Counted from the first letter of the stretch, positions 37,794-49,593 are shown. The stretch: 64,000 bases of DNA from Pseudomonadota bacterium (GCA_028344535.1 JAOMBK010000006.1:1211-65210), one strand, 5' to 3'. Translations and numbers: made by a program. Notes: a model not told the origin generated them from the letters alone.

Positions 37794-40205
37794 ATGGCTA
37801 CTATTAAATATGATCTTCCGCTTATTCCTCTCAGAGACGTCGTAGTATTTCCTGGCGTGGTCTCAACTCTATTTGTTGGCAGGAATAAATCCATCAATGC
37901 GCTGAATGCCGCCATGGCTGGGGAGAAGAAGATTATTTTAGCTGCACAAAAAGATGGGTCTTTGGATGCACCTTTGTTTGATGATTTGTATAAGGTTGCA
38001 ACTATTGCGAATATCCTGCAATTAATCAAACTGCCGGATGGAACTGTAAAAGTTTTGGTTGAGGGCTCCCACAGAGCTCAAATGAACTCTTTGGAGTCAG
38101 ATTCAAAATTCTCTAAAGTAAGAGTAAGTCTTATTACCGAGCCAGCTATCGATGCCAAAGATGGAGAAAATTTAGCAAGGTTCATCAAAGCAAAGTTTCA
38201 TGATTTTATCAAAATTACGAAAAAAATCGCTCCAGAGGTTTTGGCATCAATTGATGCTTTGGATGATTTATCTAGAATTATTGATTCAATAGCTGGCCAT
38301 TTGCCGATGGAAATTAAGCAAAAGCAAGAAATCCTTGAAACAGCTGACTTCCAGTTGAGGGCTGAAATTCTAATAGCTTTTATAGAGTCTCAATTGGATG
38401 TGATGGATGTCGATAAAAGAATCCGAAATAGAGTAAAAGGACAGATGGAAAAATCTCAACGAGAGTATTATTTAAATGAGCAGATCAAAGCTGCTCAAAA
38501 AGAGCTGGGTGATATCAGTGAAGAGGGCGATGAAATCTCGCAGCTAGAAGAAGATATTTCCAAGGCAGGTATGTCCAAAGAGGCATTGAAAAAAGCAAAC
38601 AATGAATTTACTAAGTTTAAGCAAATGTCTCCTATGTCAGCAGAGGCATCAGTTGTGCGCTCTTACTTAGATTGGTTAACTGGCATTCCTTGGAAGAAAA
38701 GAAGCAAAGTTAAGTCAAATTTAAATTCAGCAACAGAAATTCTCAACGAAGATCACTTTGGCTTAGACGAAGTGAAAGAGAGAATTCTAGAATATTTAGC
38801 AGTTCAACAAAGAGTTAAAAAATTAAAAGCCCCGGTCTTATGTTTGGTAGGTCCCCCTGGGGTTGGAAAAACTTCTCTTGGAAAATCTATCGCAAGGGCT
38901 ACGAATAGAAAATTTGCCAGAATGTCATTGGGCGGAGTTAGGGACGAGGCTGAAATTAGAGGGCATCGAAGAACCTACATTGGATCTATGCCAGGAAAAA
39001 TTATTCAAAAGCTTTCAAAAGTTGAAGTAAAAAATCCATTATTTCTTTTAGATGAGATTGATAAAATGGGCATGGATCACCGAGGTGATCCTGCTTCAGC
39101 TCTACTAGAGGTTTTAGATCCAGAGCAAAATAATACATTTTCAGATCATTATTTAGAGGTGGATTTTGATCTCTCCGAGGTAATGTTTGTTTGTACTGCC
39201 AACAGTTTAAACATTCCTGGCCCATTGCTCGATCGCATGGAGATTATTAGGCTTCCTGGCTACATAGAGGATGAAAAATTAAATATAGCAAAACAATATT
39301 TAATCCCTAAGCAGCTTGAAAGAAATGGGCTAGATGATAAAGAAGTTAAGCTTAGTGATAAATCTATATTGGACATAGTGCGCCACTATACGAGAGAGGC
39401 GGGTGTGAGAGGTCTCGAAAGACAGATTGCAAAGATTTTTAGAAAGTCAGTTAAAGAAAGAGTGTTAGCAGATCCTAAAAAAATTAAATCTTCAATAAAT
39501 ATTACTCCAAAAAATTTAGAAAAATATTGCGGTGTTCCTAAATTTAAATTTGGAGAGGCCGATGTTGAGGACATTGTGGGTAAAGTTGCTGGGTTGGCAT
39601 GGACTGAAGTTGGCGGTGAGTTGTTAACTATTGAATCGTCATATGTACCTGGAAAAGGGCAGGTAATTAAAACTGGTTCTTTGGGTGACGTGATGCAGGA
39701 ATCCATTCAAGCCGCTCTAACAGTCGTAAGGTCTAGATCAGAAAAATTAGGCATTCCTGTTAATTTTTATGAAAAATTTGATGTTCATATTCATGTTCCT
39801 GATGGAGCCACTCCCAAAGATGGGCCCAGCGCTGGAGTTGGAATGTGTACAGCAATGATTTCTGTTTTCACAGGAATACCTGTGAGATCGGATACTGCCA
39901 TGACAGGCGAAATTACATTACATGGCCAAGTCACAAAAATCGGTGGCCTGAAAGAAAAGTTATTAGCTGCTAAACGCGGAGGTATAAAGAGAGTTATTAT
40001 CCCGGAAGATAATGCTGCCGATTTGAGAGAAATACCATCCCAAATTACACACGCATTAGAGATTCTTCCCGTGAGATGGGTCGATGAAGCTATCACTCAA
40101 GCTCTTACTTCCGAACCAAAACCAATCAAAAAAAGAAGAAATTCTAAAATTCTTAGCAAACCAAAATCATCTAGCGCTAGAACAACTTCCAGAAAACCCC
40201 ATTAG
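37794..40205 (+). CDS. lon: Lon protease
   Basis: PLRDVVVFP, GPPGVGKT, PKDGPSAG, IGGLKEK. Confidence 0.98.
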   Translation: MATIKYDLPLIPLRDVVVFPGVVSTLFVGRNKSINALNAAMAGEKKIILAAQKDGSLDAPLFDDLYKVATIANILQLIKLPDGTVKVLVEGSHRAQMNSLESDSKFSKVRVSLITEPAIDAKDGENLARFIKAKFHDFIKITKKIAPEVLASIDALDDLSRIIDSIAGHLPMEIKQKQEILETADFQLRAEILIAFIESQLDVMDVDKRIRNRVKGQMEKSQREYYLNEQIKAAQKELGDISEEGDEISQLEEDISKAGMSKEALKKANNEFTKFKQMSPMSAEASVVRSYLDWLTGIPWKKRSKVKSNLNSATEILNEDHFGLDEVKERILEYLAVQQRVKKLKAPVLCLVGPPGVGKTSLGKSIARATNRKFARMSLGGVRDEAEIRGHRRTYIGSMPGKIIQKLSKVEVKNPLFLLDEIDKMGMDHRGDPASALLEVLDPEQNNTFSDHYLEVDFDLSEVMFVCTANSLNIPGPLLDRMEIIRLPGYIEDEKLNIAKQYLIPKQLERNGLDDKEVKLSDKSILDIVRHYTREAGVRGLERQIAKIFRKSVKERVLADPKKIKSSINITPKNLEKYCGVPKFKFGEADVEDIVGKVAGLAWTEVGGELLTIESSYVPGKGQVIKTGSLGDVMQESIQAALTVVRSRSEKLGIPVNFYEKFDVHIHVPDGATPKDGPSAGVGMCTAMISVFTGIPVRSDTAMTGEITLHGQVTKIGGLKEKLLAAKRGGIKRVIIPEDNAADLREIPSQITHALEILPVRWVDEAITQALTSEPKPIKKRRNSKILSKPKSSSARTTSRKPH

Positions 40206-40285
40206 AATAGGTTTTAAAGCTTGACATTTCTTCTGTGATAGCTTTTCATAGGCTTAGGTACATTAATTAACCAGAGGAGAATTCA

Positions 40286-40564
40286 ATGAATAAATCAGAC
40301 TTAGTAGATGCAGTTGCTTCATCAGCAGACGTTACCAAAGCTTCAGCTGGAAGAGCTGTTGATGCGGTTTTAGATTCAATCGGTGATGCGTTAGGTAACG
40401 GCGATACAGTTTCGCTTGTAGGTTTTGGAACTTTTTCAGTTAGACATAGAGCTGCTAGAGAAGGAAGAAACCCACAAACAGGTGCTTCAATGCATATTGC
40501 AGCATCAAAAGTTCCAGGCTTTAAAGCTGGTAAAGGATTAAAAGATAAAGTTAAAAACTCTTAA
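40286..40564 (+). CDS. hupB: DNA-binding protein HU
   Basis: MNKSDLV, GFGTF, GRNPQTG; lon-hupB-ppiD order. Confidence 0.95.
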   Translation: MNKSDLVDAVASSADVTKASAGRAVDAVLDSIGDALGNGDTVSLVGFGTFSVRHRAAREGRNPQTGASMHIAASKVPGFKAGKGLKDKVKNS

Positions 40565-40588
40565 TTAACTTTAGATATAAAGGTCTTT

Positions 40589-40618
40589 AAAAAAAGGGTG
40601 CATAAGCACCCTTTTTTT
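40589..40618 (+). terminator. Intrinsic terminator after hupB
   Basis: A7-GGGTGC-ataa-GCACCC-T7. Confidence 0.9.
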
Positions 40619-40656
40619 ATGTATGATTGTTAGCTTTTAAAGAGGATGAAGTTCAA

Positions 40657-42519
40657 ATGTTAGAGTCACTAAGAAACTTTCTGTCAGGTAAACGAGTTAT
40701 AGTTATTACAGCTCTTCTTGCAATACCATTTGTATTTCTGGGCTCACAGTCCTTTGGCACAATCACTGCAACTTTTGGAACTGTGAATGGCGAGCCTGTA
40801 TCTCAAATGGATGTGAATCTTGCTACCAATCAAGTCTCTCAAAGGCTCAAGTCTGTTTATGGAGAAGATTTCTCTCTAGATGATTTGGATGAGGAAGTTT
40901 CTCTTGGGTTAATTAAAAATGAAATTATTAATCAAAAAACTCTTCTTTCTCAAACCAGAAAACTTGGTTTGATCGCTTCTGAGAAAACAGCAAAACAAGA
41001 AGTTATAAACATTGATACTTTTCAAGGCGAAAATGGTTTTGATCAAATGCTTTTTGAATCTACTATCAGAGCTAACGGTTGGACTCCCGAAGAGTACATT
41101 GAGCTTGTAAGGGAGACCCTATCATTAGATAAACTGGTCTCAGCTATGGGGGTCACTGCTTTTCCAATTAATTCTGAAATAGAAGGCTTAGCCTCGATGC
41201 TTGAAACCTCAAGAGACATAAACTTTATCAAAGTAGATAAAAATATACTGGTCAGCCAACAAGAAGCTAGTCTTGAAGAGGGACAGCAATTTTATGACAG
41301 CAATCCTTTTTTATTTCTTTCTAAAGAACAAAGAGACTTCTCATATCTTGTTCTAACTTATGATGCATACAAAGAGCAAGTTCAAGTTCCTGAAGATTAT
41401 ATTGACGAGGCTTATGCAGATTACTTAAGCAACGTTGAAGGGCAAATACAAAATCGAATTTCTCATCTAATGATCGAAAAATCTAATTATGGAAGTTCAT
41501 CCCTAGCTTATGAAGAAATTAATTCTATATATAAAAACATTCAATCAAAAGAAGTTTCATTCGAAGATGCAGTATCTAAATCTAGCGAGGATCTAGCCTC
41601 AAAAGATACTGGCGGTGATTTAGGCCTATCATCCGGCGATGCTTTTCCTGAAGAGTTTGAAAGTGCAATACTATCAATGCAGCTCAACTCCATAAGTTCA
41701 ATTATTGAGCTTGAGGACTCATTGCATATATTAAAATTAACCGAAGTCATTAAACCCCAAATTAAAACTAAAGCAGAAATGTCTCGGGAGCTTTTAAATG
41801 AACTTGTTGATGCTGAAGCATTGGCTTTGATGCAAGATGATTTTCTTGCATTAGAATCATTAGTGCTTGAAGGAGTTACTTTAAATACTTTAGCAGATTC
41901 AACTGATGCTGAAGTTCAAGTTACTGGTTTGCAGGATATCGAAAGCGTTGAATTAAATGGGTTTGCCAATATTACCTCGTCACAATTATTCGATTCTTCT
42001 GTGTTGCCAAACAAAATTGAAATTTTTGAGGGCGATGAAAGCTATGCTTTTGTGATGATGACCCAGGCACTTCAGCCAGCTGTTCAACCTTTTGCCAATG
42101 TTGCTGACTTAGCCATTCAAGAAGTTCGCAATGAGAAAGCAAACATGATTATCAATGATTTTGTAAAAGATGCAGAAGGTGTGATTGATGGTGAGAACGC
42201 ATTACCCAATTTAAATGCCTTTTCACAAGAAAGCTATAAGGCTGTTAAAAGATTTTCTTCATTACTTCCATCGGAGATTATTAATTCAACATTTGAATCA
42301 CCTTTAGGCACTTTGGTTGAGAACGAAGCATTTAATGGGGATCGATATTGGGCAAAGTCCTCAAATGAGTCTGTACCATCAATGGAAGAGCTTTCAGAGT
42401 CAGTTGAGCAATATCAGAGTTTTTATAATGAAAGCTTAACTCAGCAGTTTTCAGGATTTATTGACCGAGCTTTCAAAGAAGGGCAAAGAATTCGTTTGGA
42501 AAATCTTACCTCTAATTAA
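40657..42519 (+). CDS. ppiD: Periplasmic chaperone/PPIase PpiD
   Basis: MLESLR N-terminal anchor, VNGEPVS, parvulin SHLMI...[14 protein letters not shown]. Confidence 0.9.
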   Translation: MLESLRNFLSGKRVIVITALLAIPFVFLGSQSFGTITATFGTVNGEPVSQMDVNLATNQVSQRLKSVYGEDFSLDDLDEEVSLGLIKNEIINQKTLLSQTRKLGLIASEKTAKQEVINIDTFQGENGFDQMLFESTIRANGWTPEEYIELVRETLSLDKLVSAMGVTAFPINSEIEGLASMLETSRDINFIKVDKNILVSQQEASLEEGQQFYDSNPFLFLSKEQRDFSYLVLTYDAYKEQVQVPEDYIDEAYADYLSNVEGQIQNRISHLMIEKSNYGSSSLAYEEINSIYKNIQSKEVSFEDAVSKSSEDLASKDTGGDLGLSSGDAFPEEFESAILSMQLNSISSIIELEDSLHILKLTEVIKPQIKTKAEMSRELLNELVDAEALALMQDDFLALESLVLEGVTLNTLADSTDAEVQVTGLQDIESVELNGFANITSSQLFDSSVLPNKIEIFEGDESYAFVMMTQALQPAVQPFANVADLAIQEVRNEKANMIINDFVKDAEGVIDGENALPNLNAFSQESYKAVKRFSSLLPSEIINSTFESPLGTLVENEAFNGDRYWAKSSNESVPSMEELSESVEQYQSFYNESLTQQFSGFIDRAFKEGQRIRLENLTSN

Positions 42520-43301
42520 TCAGCATACTCTTCTATGGACATGGCGGCTGTATTAAAGCCTCCATCCACATACGTTATTTCACCCGTGATTCCACTAGCA
42601 AGATCTGAGCATAAAAAAGCTGCAACATTGCCTACCTCAAGAGTTGTAACAGCTCTTCTTAAAGGAGCTCTGTTTGCATAATTGGTTAACATTTTTCTGA
42701 AGTTTTTTACTCCCATTGCTGCCAGGGTTTTAATGGGTCCGGCTGATATTGCATTGACTCTTACACCATCTGGTCCCATAGCAGCGGCAAGAAATCTTGT
42801 ATTTGCTTCCAAGCTTGCCTTAGCAAGGCCCATAACATTGTAATTTGGCAGCGATTGCATGGATCCCAGATAGGTCAGAGTTAAAAGAGCTGCATTCTCA
42901 TTTAGCATTGGTTTTGCGCCTTTAGCCATAGCAGTAAAACTATACGAACTAATATCATGAGCAATTTGAAAACCCTCTCTTGTAGCAGCATCAACAAAAT
43001 TCCCCTCCAATTCATTTGCTGGGGCAAAGCCAATAGAATGAACAAAGCCATCGAATGACTTCCATTTTTTTGAGAGCTCCTGGTACATATTTGCTATGCT
43101 CTCATCTGAGGCAACATCACACTCAAATAATAAATCAGAGCCAAGTTCTGCGGCAATCTTTTCTACGTTGCCTTTTAATCTCTCACTTTGATAGGTGAAA
43201 GCTAGTTCCGCTCCTTGTGCATGCATTGCTTGAGCAATACCAGCTGCTATGGAGTGTTTATTTGCAAGTCCTGCTATTAAAATCTTTTTATTTTGTAACA
43301 T
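42516..43301 (-). CDS. fabI: Enoyl-ACP reductase FabI
   Basis: [37 protein letters not shown]. Confidence 0.97.
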   Translation of the reverse strand: MLQNKKILIAGLANKHSIAAGIAQAMHAQGAELAFTYQSERLKGNVEKIAAELGSDLLFECDVASDESIANMYQELSKKWKSFDGFVHSIGFAPANELEGNFVDAATREGFQIAHDISSYSFTAMAKGAKPMLNENAALLTLTYLGSMQSLPNYNVMGLAKASLEANTRFLAAAMGPDGVRVNAISAGPIKTLAAMGVKNFRKMLTNYANRAPLRRAVTTLEVGNVAAFLCSDLASGITGEITYVDGGFNTAAMSIEEYAD

Positions 43302-43406
43302 TATATTATTTTAACCTTATAGCTAATTGGCTAAGCATTATATATGAGTTCCTTCATCATTAATAAAGTGAATTATTAACATAGGATATATTAATCATTT
43401 TTTAAC

Positions 43407-43442
43407 ATATGCTTGTTTCTTTCCCCGAAACAGGCATATAAT
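43407..43442 (+). promoter_or_regulatory. Promoter of first TonB receptor within a 33-bp inverted repeat
   Basis: ATATGCTTGTTTC-N7-GAAACAGGCATAT; TTGTTT-N18-TATAAT. Confidence 0.55.
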
Positions 43443-43501
43443 CGATCATTGCACGATATGCGCAAGTATTAGTGTGTTATTAAAACTTAGGAGTATTTTA
43501 A

Positions 43502-46492
43502 ATGATTGATTTAAATAAATATTTATTCAGTGCTTTTGCAATAATCTCTTTATCGGTGCCTTTAGCAATTGCTCAAGATTCTGATGATGATGTTGAAGAA
43601 GTCATTGTAACTGGATCAAGGATTATTGATCCTAACATTATTAGCTCTTCCCAAATCGCAGTCGTCGATGGGCAAGATATAATAAATGCTGGTGTAACTA
43701 GGGTTGAGGATTATCTTAATGATATGCCTCAAATTTCTCCTGGCCAATCCATCACTAATTCTAATGGTTCTAATGGTACTGCTACTGTTAACCTGAGAAA
43801 CCTTGGCTGTTCAAGAACATTGGTTCTAATGAATGGAAGAAGAATGGTTCCAGGAACAACTGGTGGTGGAAACTGTGCTGACCTTAACACCATTCCAACA
43901 TTACTTTTAGACAAAGTTGAAGTTTTAACTGGTGGTGCATCTTCTGTATACGGTTCTGATGCGGTTGCCGGTGTTGTTAACTTTGTTTTAGATGATGAGT
44001 TTGTTGGCTTCAAAGCTGCTTATTCACACGGGTTCTATAATCATGAAAATGATAATAGCTCTCTTAGAGAATTGGTTAAAAGCTATGGCTATGCCCAAGC
44101 ACCAAGTGATGTGCAAACAGGAGACACTGGTAAGTTCTCTATTGCATTTGGTGGCGAGATTGATGGCGGCAGAGGTCACGTTACAGCATTTATGGAGCAC
44201 ACTGATACACAACCTATACTCCAAGGTGACTTTGATATTAGTGCTTGTGCCTTAAGTGGTGGTACAACTCGATGTGGTGGTTCATCAACAATTCCTCCAG
44301 GAAGATGGGCTGACTTTGGTGGCTATGGCTCTGCTGGGTTTGTTAACATAGATCCATTAGTTACTCGTTTAGACCTTAAAGTTTCTGGAAACGATTTCGT
44401 ACCAAGAGATGGTCAAACATACAACTACAACCCAACTAACTTCTTCCAAAGACCTGATGACAGATTAAATGTAGGTTTCTTTGGTAAATATGAGATTACT
44501 GATAACGCAGAGGTTTATTTAGATTTTACTGCTATGAAATCTGAGTCTAATGCTCAGATAGCATACTCAGGAACATTTGGTAACATAACTCATTTGCCAT
44601 GTTATAACGGCTTGTTGTCCGCACAGCAGTATAAAGTGGCGTGTAGTGATTGGACAGGAATGGGTGGTTCTCATGCACCTAATTTTGCAACCGGAGCTGA
44701 AGCTTTATCTTATATAAATAGTTTAGATGCTTCTGTAGCCGCTGGAACAATTATTGATTATAGAGCTCCATTGTATTCATTGAAGAGAAATGTTGAGGGT
44801 AATCCAAGACAAGGAATTCAAATGTACAAAAGCTACAATACAACCATTGGTTTGAGAGGTGATATCAATGATGATTGGTCATACGATGTCTACTATCAAA
44901 ACTCAGCAGTTAACTATGCTAACGAATACAGAAATGACCTTTCTGTAACTGCGATTAACCGAGCTGTGAATGTTATTAATGTTGCAGGAGTTCCGACTTG
45001 TGTTGCTAAGCTTCAAGGAATCGATGCAAACTGTGTTCCATACAACCTCTTTCAAGGTGGATTACCTGGTGATCAGGGTATCCAAGGTGTAATCGATGGC
45101 GGACAAACTGCGCAAGATTATTTAGCTAAATCAACATTTATCAATGGTGATGGAAAGCAAAAAATTCTTTCAGGTTATATTACTGGTGATACAGGATTTA
45201 CTATTCCGGGTGCTCCTGGTTCAGTATCTTTGGTAGCTGGTTTTGAAACTAAAGAGCTAGATACTGACTTTAGACCTGACACTCCTACACTTCAGGGTGA
45301 TAGATCTGGTTCAGGTGGAGCTACATTACCTATTGGTGGTATGTATGACGTAGACGAGTTCTTTTTTGAGTTAGGTATTCCAGTAACGGCTGACCTAAGT
45401 GTTGATGCAGGATTTAGAACTGCTGAGTACTCTACAGGTGCTGAAACTGACTCTAGCAAAATTGGAGCATATTGGACTGTTAACGACAGCGTGTCATTAA
45501 GAGCCTCATTCCAGACTGCGCAGAGACATGCGAATATTTCTGAACTGTATTCAGCTGTTAGCGATGGCCTTGTGGACTTAGACAATGATCCTTGTTCAAT
45601 TCAGCAGAATGGTACTCCAGCTACAGCAACTCAAGCTCAGTGTGCTGCAACAGGATTGCCAGCAAATCTTTACAACACTGATCTTAATTCACCAGCTGAC
45701 CAGTACAACGTTAAAGGCGGCGGTAATCCTAAAGTTGCGCCGGAAGAATCAGAGTCATTAACTGTTGGTGCAGTTATTACTCCTGAATCAGTTCCTGGCT
45801 TAACTTTAACAGTTGATTACTTCGATATCACAGTGGAAGATGGAATTGGTACTGTAAGTGCTAAAACTGCTCTTGATAAATGTGTATCAACTGGAAGTGC
45901 GCAGTATTGTGGGCTCATTAATAGAATGCCTGGAACAGGTTCATTGTGGTTGTCAGGTGGATATATTTCACAGCAGCTTACAAACATTGGTGAGGAAACA
46001 ACCAGTGGTGTTGATGTGATTTTTGATTACTCATTTGAAACTTCATACGGACCAGTTGAGGTTCAAGGTGTTACTACATTCTTAGATACTTATGACATTA
46101 CAGAGCTTCCAGGTGCATCACCAATTGCATGTTCTGGAAACTGGGGTGGTTCATGTGGCAAGAATCCTTTACCTGAAACTTCTGGTAAATATAAGGCAAC
46201 ACTATCCACTGAATGGGATACTGATGTATCACTTGGTTTAAGATACCTTGGCGAAACAACAGACCTTAATTCAAACAAAATTGATTTTGATGCTACAACA
46301 TACATAGATGTAACTCTTCAGCATATGCCTTCAGAGAATCTAGTTGTAACATTTGGAATTAATAATCTATTTGATGAAGAGCCTGGTTACACATCTGACG
46401 CTGGTACAGCGCCAGGTAATGGTAATACTTTCCCAGGTTACTTTGATGCCTTTGGCCAATATATTTTCTTAAATTTGACACTTCAATACTAA
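43502..46492 (+). CDS. TonB-dependent receptor
   Basis: TonB box EEVIVTGS, plug NLRNLG..RTLVLMNGRR, YGSDAVAGVVN, aromatic C-terminus. Confidence 0.96.
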   Translation: MIDLNKYLFSAFAIISLSVPLAIAQDSDDDVEEVIVTGSRIIDPNIISSSQIAVVDGQDIINAGVTRVEDYLNDMPQISPGQSITNSNGSNGTATVNLRNLGCSRTLVLMNGRRMVPGTTGGGNCADLNTIPTLLLDKVEVLTGGASSVYGSDAVAGVVNFVLDDEFVGFKAAYSHGFYNHENDNSSLRELVKSYGYAQAPSDVQTGDTGKFSIAFGGEIDGGRGHVTAFMEHTDTQPILQGDFDISACALSGGTTRCGGSSTIPPGRWADFGGYGSAGFVNIDPLVTRLDLKVSGNDFVPRDGQTYNYNPTNFFQRPDDRLNVGFFGKYEITDNAEVYLDFTAMKSESNAQIAYSGTFGNITHLPCYNGLLSAQQYKVACSDWTGMGGSHAPNFATGAEALSYINSLDASVAAGTIIDYRAPLYSLKRNVEGNPRQGIQMYKSYNTTIGLRGDINDDWSYDVYYQNSAVNYANEYRNDLSVTAINRAVNVINVAGVPTCVAKLQGIDANCVPYNLFQGGLPGDQGIQGVIDGGQTAQDYLAKSTFINGDGKQKILSGYITGDTGFTIPGAPGSVSLVAGFETKELDTDFRPDTPTLQGDRSGSGGATLPIGGMYDVDEFFFELGIPVTADLSVDAGFRTAEYSTGAETDSSKIGAYWTVNDSVSLRASFQTAQRHANISELYSAVSDGLVDLDNDPCSIQQNGTPATATQAQCAATGLPANLYNTDLNSPADQYNVKGGGNPKVAPEESESLTVGAVITPESVPGLTLTVDYFDITVEDGIGTVSAKTALDKCVSTGSAQYCGLINRMPGTGSLWLSGGYISQQLTNIGEETTSGVDVIFDYSFETSYGPVEVQGVTTFLDTYDITELPGASPIACSGNWGGSCGKNPLPETSGKYKATLSTEWDTDVSLGLRYLGETTDLNSNKIDFDATTYIDVTLQHMPSENLVVTFGINNLFDEEPGYTSDAGTAPGNGNTFPGYFDAFGQYIFLNLTLQY

Positions 46493-46508
46493 GAAAAGGA
46501 AAAAAATT

Positions 46509-46538
46509 AAAAAAGGGTGCTTTAGCACCCTTTTTTTT
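46509..46538 (+). terminator. Intrinsic terminator
   Basis: A6-GGGTGC-ttta-GCACCC-T8. Confidence 0.9.
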
Positions 46539-46632
46539 ACAAATTATTCCAATTCAAAATACTCTAAAAAGTTGACATCTTGTGTCAAAATGGCAACAAT
46601 TACGGGAACTAACAAACTTTTAGGGAGTTTAT

Positions 46633-49593
46633 ATGTCTAAATTAATCAAATTTTCTTTGGTTGCAGTCCTTTCTTTAGGCCTAATGCCAAATACTTCATT
46701 CGCTCAAGAGAGCGAAGATGATGTTGAAGAGGTTATCGTTACTGGTTCTAAGATTAAGAAATCAGTCTTTGATAGTTCAAAGCCTTTAGAAATTATCTCT
46801 GATGCTGCCATTGAGAGAACAGGCCTTAACAACATTGGTGATATCTTACAAAGCATTTCATCTAATGATGGTAACGGAATTCGACCAGTTACTACTGCTA
46901 CAAACGGCGGTGATGGTTCTAACGAAATATCATTAAGAAATCTTGGAGCTGGAAGAACCCTAGTTCTTGTTGATGGAAGAAGGTGGGTAACAGATGCATT
47001 TGGTTCTGTTGATATGAACACAATTCCTGCCTCTATCATTCAAAGAGTTGAAATCCTAAAGGATGGAGCTTCTTCAATTTATGGTTCGGACGCAGTTGCA
47101 GGGGTAATTAACATTATTACCAAGAAAGACTATGACGGTTTTGAAATGAGAGCTTTTACAGGTGAATATGATGCTGGTTACGGAAAACAAGATTCCATCA
47201 GCATGCAATTTGGAAGCACATCAGAAAAGTCTTCTAGCATTCTTTCTCTATCATTTGCTGCTCAAGAAGAAATTATGGCAGGTCAAATTCCAAGAGCAAA
47301 TCAACCTTACTATGGTTGTTCTAATGTGCCAAATAGTGGTACCGGCCCTCAAAACTCCCCAACTAACTTAGGACCTAGCCCTGAACAAAACTCAGGATAT
47401 GGTAACTTTGCTCCAGCAAGCGATAGTTTTGTTTGCGGATCATCATTCCCTGCCTATGGTAGATACTTTACTTTAAATAAATATTTAGAACCTGGTAAAT
47501 CAGGTGCTTTACCTGAGCATTTCATTCCATGGTCAAATGCTGGACGTTATAACTATGCTCCAGTTAACCATGTACAAAATCCAATCGATCAATATTCTGT
47601 ATATGCATATTCTGATTATGATATCTCAGATGACATGACTGCATATGTTCAAATCAACTACACAAAATCAAGACGTGATAATCAGTTAGCGCAGGTTCCA
47701 ATGACTGCATATGGTGGAGCTGGACCTCAGTGGCAGCTAAATAATGGTAGATTTGCTACTGCTGGTGGTTATTTCAATGTCTTGAATCAAGACACATCTT
47801 TTGGTTTTAGATCTATTGCTATTGGTCCTAGGATTTATAGTTATGACTATGACATTTTCGGAATAAGACTCGGATTGGATGGTAATTTTGAGCTTGGTGG
47901 AAACACATATAACTGGAGTGTTGGTACTCAAATTAATGATGCTCAATACGATAGTAAGTTGTACAACTTTGTTGACCTTGTTCACTTAGGAAAAGCAGTT
48001 GGAGACTCATTTAGAGATCCAATTAGCGGTGCATTAACTTGCGGAACTCCAGACGCTCCTGTTTCTCAATGTGTTCCATTTAATATATTTGGTGGACCAG
48101 ATCTTGGTCTTTCTGCTGGAAGAATTTCACAAGCTGAATACGACGCAATGGTAGATTATGTTGGATATGATGGAGTGCAAAATGCAGCCTTTGATAGCGA
48201 CAACTACTGGGCTGAAATCTCTGGTCCTTTATTTGAGATGCCTTATGGAACAGCCTTCTTTGCTGCTGGTTATGAAAAAAGAGCATCAGGTTATGTTGAT
48301 ACTCCAGATGCACTCATTACTTCCGGGGGTTCTTCTACCAACTATAGAGAGCCTACATCAGGTAAAACTTCTGTTGAAGAATTTTTCGTAGAAATTAATA
48401 TACCTCTTCTTGAAGGTGTAACTGGTGCTCAAGAGTTAGAAGTAACACTTTCTGCAAGAACATCAGATTACTCTGCTGGTGGTATGGTTGGATTTACTCC
48501 AAATAGTAATAATCCAGGAAAACCATCAACCAGTGAGATTGGTATCAGATGGAGACCAATTGATGACGTTCTAGTTAGAGCAACTATGGGTGAAACTTTT
48601 AGAGCTCCTACTGTAGGAAACTTGTATCGAGGTGGTGGTGAGTCATTCCCACAAGCTACAGACCCTTGTAATACAGATCAATTCCCATCACAAACTGCTG
48701 GAACTCAGGCTAACTGTTTAGCTGCTGGGGTACCTGCAGGTGGTGCTGAGCAACCAACTACTCAAATTAGAGCATTTGTTGGCGGTAACCCATTCTTAGC
48801 CCCTGAAGAAGGTGAAAATGCTACCGTTGGTATCGTATACACTCCTAGCCAAATTGATGGCTTAAGCATGAGTGTTGATTTCTGGGAAATTGAATTAGAA
48901 AATATCTTTAACTCAATTGGTGTTGGAACAGTTCTAAACAGATGTTATGTTGACTCTACTCAACAAGACGATAACTTCTGTTCATTTGTTACAAGAACAG
49001 GTAACGGTGGTCTTCAGACTGTTAGAACAGCCCAAGTTAACTCCGCTCTTCAAAATGTTTCAGGTGTTGACTTTGTAATTAACTACTCATTTGATGTTGA
49101 AAATTATGGTTCATTCACTACAGGTTTTGACATGGTTTATTACACTAAAGATGAATTTGCTCAAGCAACCACTTCAACTCCATCCGAGTCATTCGGTTGG
49201 TATGATGGTGGTGCTGACTTTAGATGGAGAGCTAACGCATCTGTATTGTGGGAGTACAATGATTTCACTACATCTCTCAACTTTAGATTCTTAGATGACA
49301 ACAAAGATGATTGTTGGTTATCTACATATTATGGTTTGAACGATGACTGTTCTAACCCTGATGATGCCAATAATTTTGGAGACTATGGATACAATCAAAT
49401 GGAAGTTGAGTATTACACAGACTTGCAAGTTGATTATCAATACAGTGATTCAATCAATGTGTTTATTGGAGCTAGAAACCTATTCGGTGAAGAGCCTCCA
49501 ATTGCATACGATGCATTTGCTCAAAACTTTGACTTTGCTTGGGATTTACCAGGCGGAGCCTTTGTTTATGGTGGATTTAAAATCTCACTATAA
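46633..49593 (+). CDS. TonB-dependent receptor
   Basis: EEVIVTGS, SLRNLGAGRTLVLVDGRR, YGSDAVAGVIN, RNLFGEEPP. Confidence 0.96.
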   Translation: MSKLIKFSLVAVLSLGLMPNTSFAQESEDDVEEVIVTGSKIKKSVFDSSKPLEIISDAAIERTGLNNIGDILQSISSNDGNGIRPVTTATNGGDGSNEISLRNLGAGRTLVLVDGRRWVTDAFGSVDMNTIPASIIQRVEILKDGASSIYGSDAVAGVINIITKKDYDGFEMRAFTGEYDAGYGKQDSISMQFGSTSEKSSSILSLSFAAQEEIMAGQIPRANQPYYGCSNVPNSGTGPQNSPTNLGPSPEQNSGYGNFAPASDSFVCGSSFPAYGRYFTLNKYLEPGKSGALPEHFIPWSNAGRYNYAPVNHVQNPIDQYSVYAYSDYDISDDMTAYVQINYTKSRRDNQLAQVPMTAYGGAGPQWQLNNGRFATAGGYFNVLNQDTSFGFRSIAIGPRIYSYDYDIFGIRLGLDGNFELGGNTYNWSVGTQINDAQYDSKLYNFVDLVHLGKAVGDSFRDPISGALTCGTPDAPVSQCVPFNIFGGPDLGLSAGRISQAEYDAMVDYVGYDGVQNAAFDSDNYWAEISGPLFEMPYGTAFFAAGYEKRASGYVDTPDALITSGGSSTNYREPTSGKTSVEEFFVEINIPLLEGVTGAQELEVTLSARTSDYSAGGMVGFTPNSNNPGKPSTSEIGIRWRPIDDVLVRATMGETFRAPTVGNLYRGGGESFPQATDPCNTDQFPSQTAGTQANCLAAGVPAGGAEQPTTQIRAFVGGNPFLAPEEGENATVGIVYTPSQIDGLSMSVDFWEIELENIFNSIGVGTVLNRCYVDSTQQDDNFCSFVTRTGNGGLQTVRTAQVNSALQNVSGVDFVINYSFDVENYGSFTTGFDMVYYTKDEFAQATTSTPSESFGWYDGGADFRWRANASVLWEYNDFTTSLNFRFLDDNKDDCWLSTYYGLNDDCSNPDDANNFGDYGYNQMEVEYYTDLQVDYQYSDSINVFIGARNLFGEEPPIAYDAFAQNFDFAWDLPGGAFVYGGFKISL

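Noticed and set aside
40589-46538. Near-identical GGGTGC-N4-GCACCC hairpins as a REP or mobile repeat family
   Set aside because: Only two copies, each directly after a gene with a U-tail; ordinary terminators.
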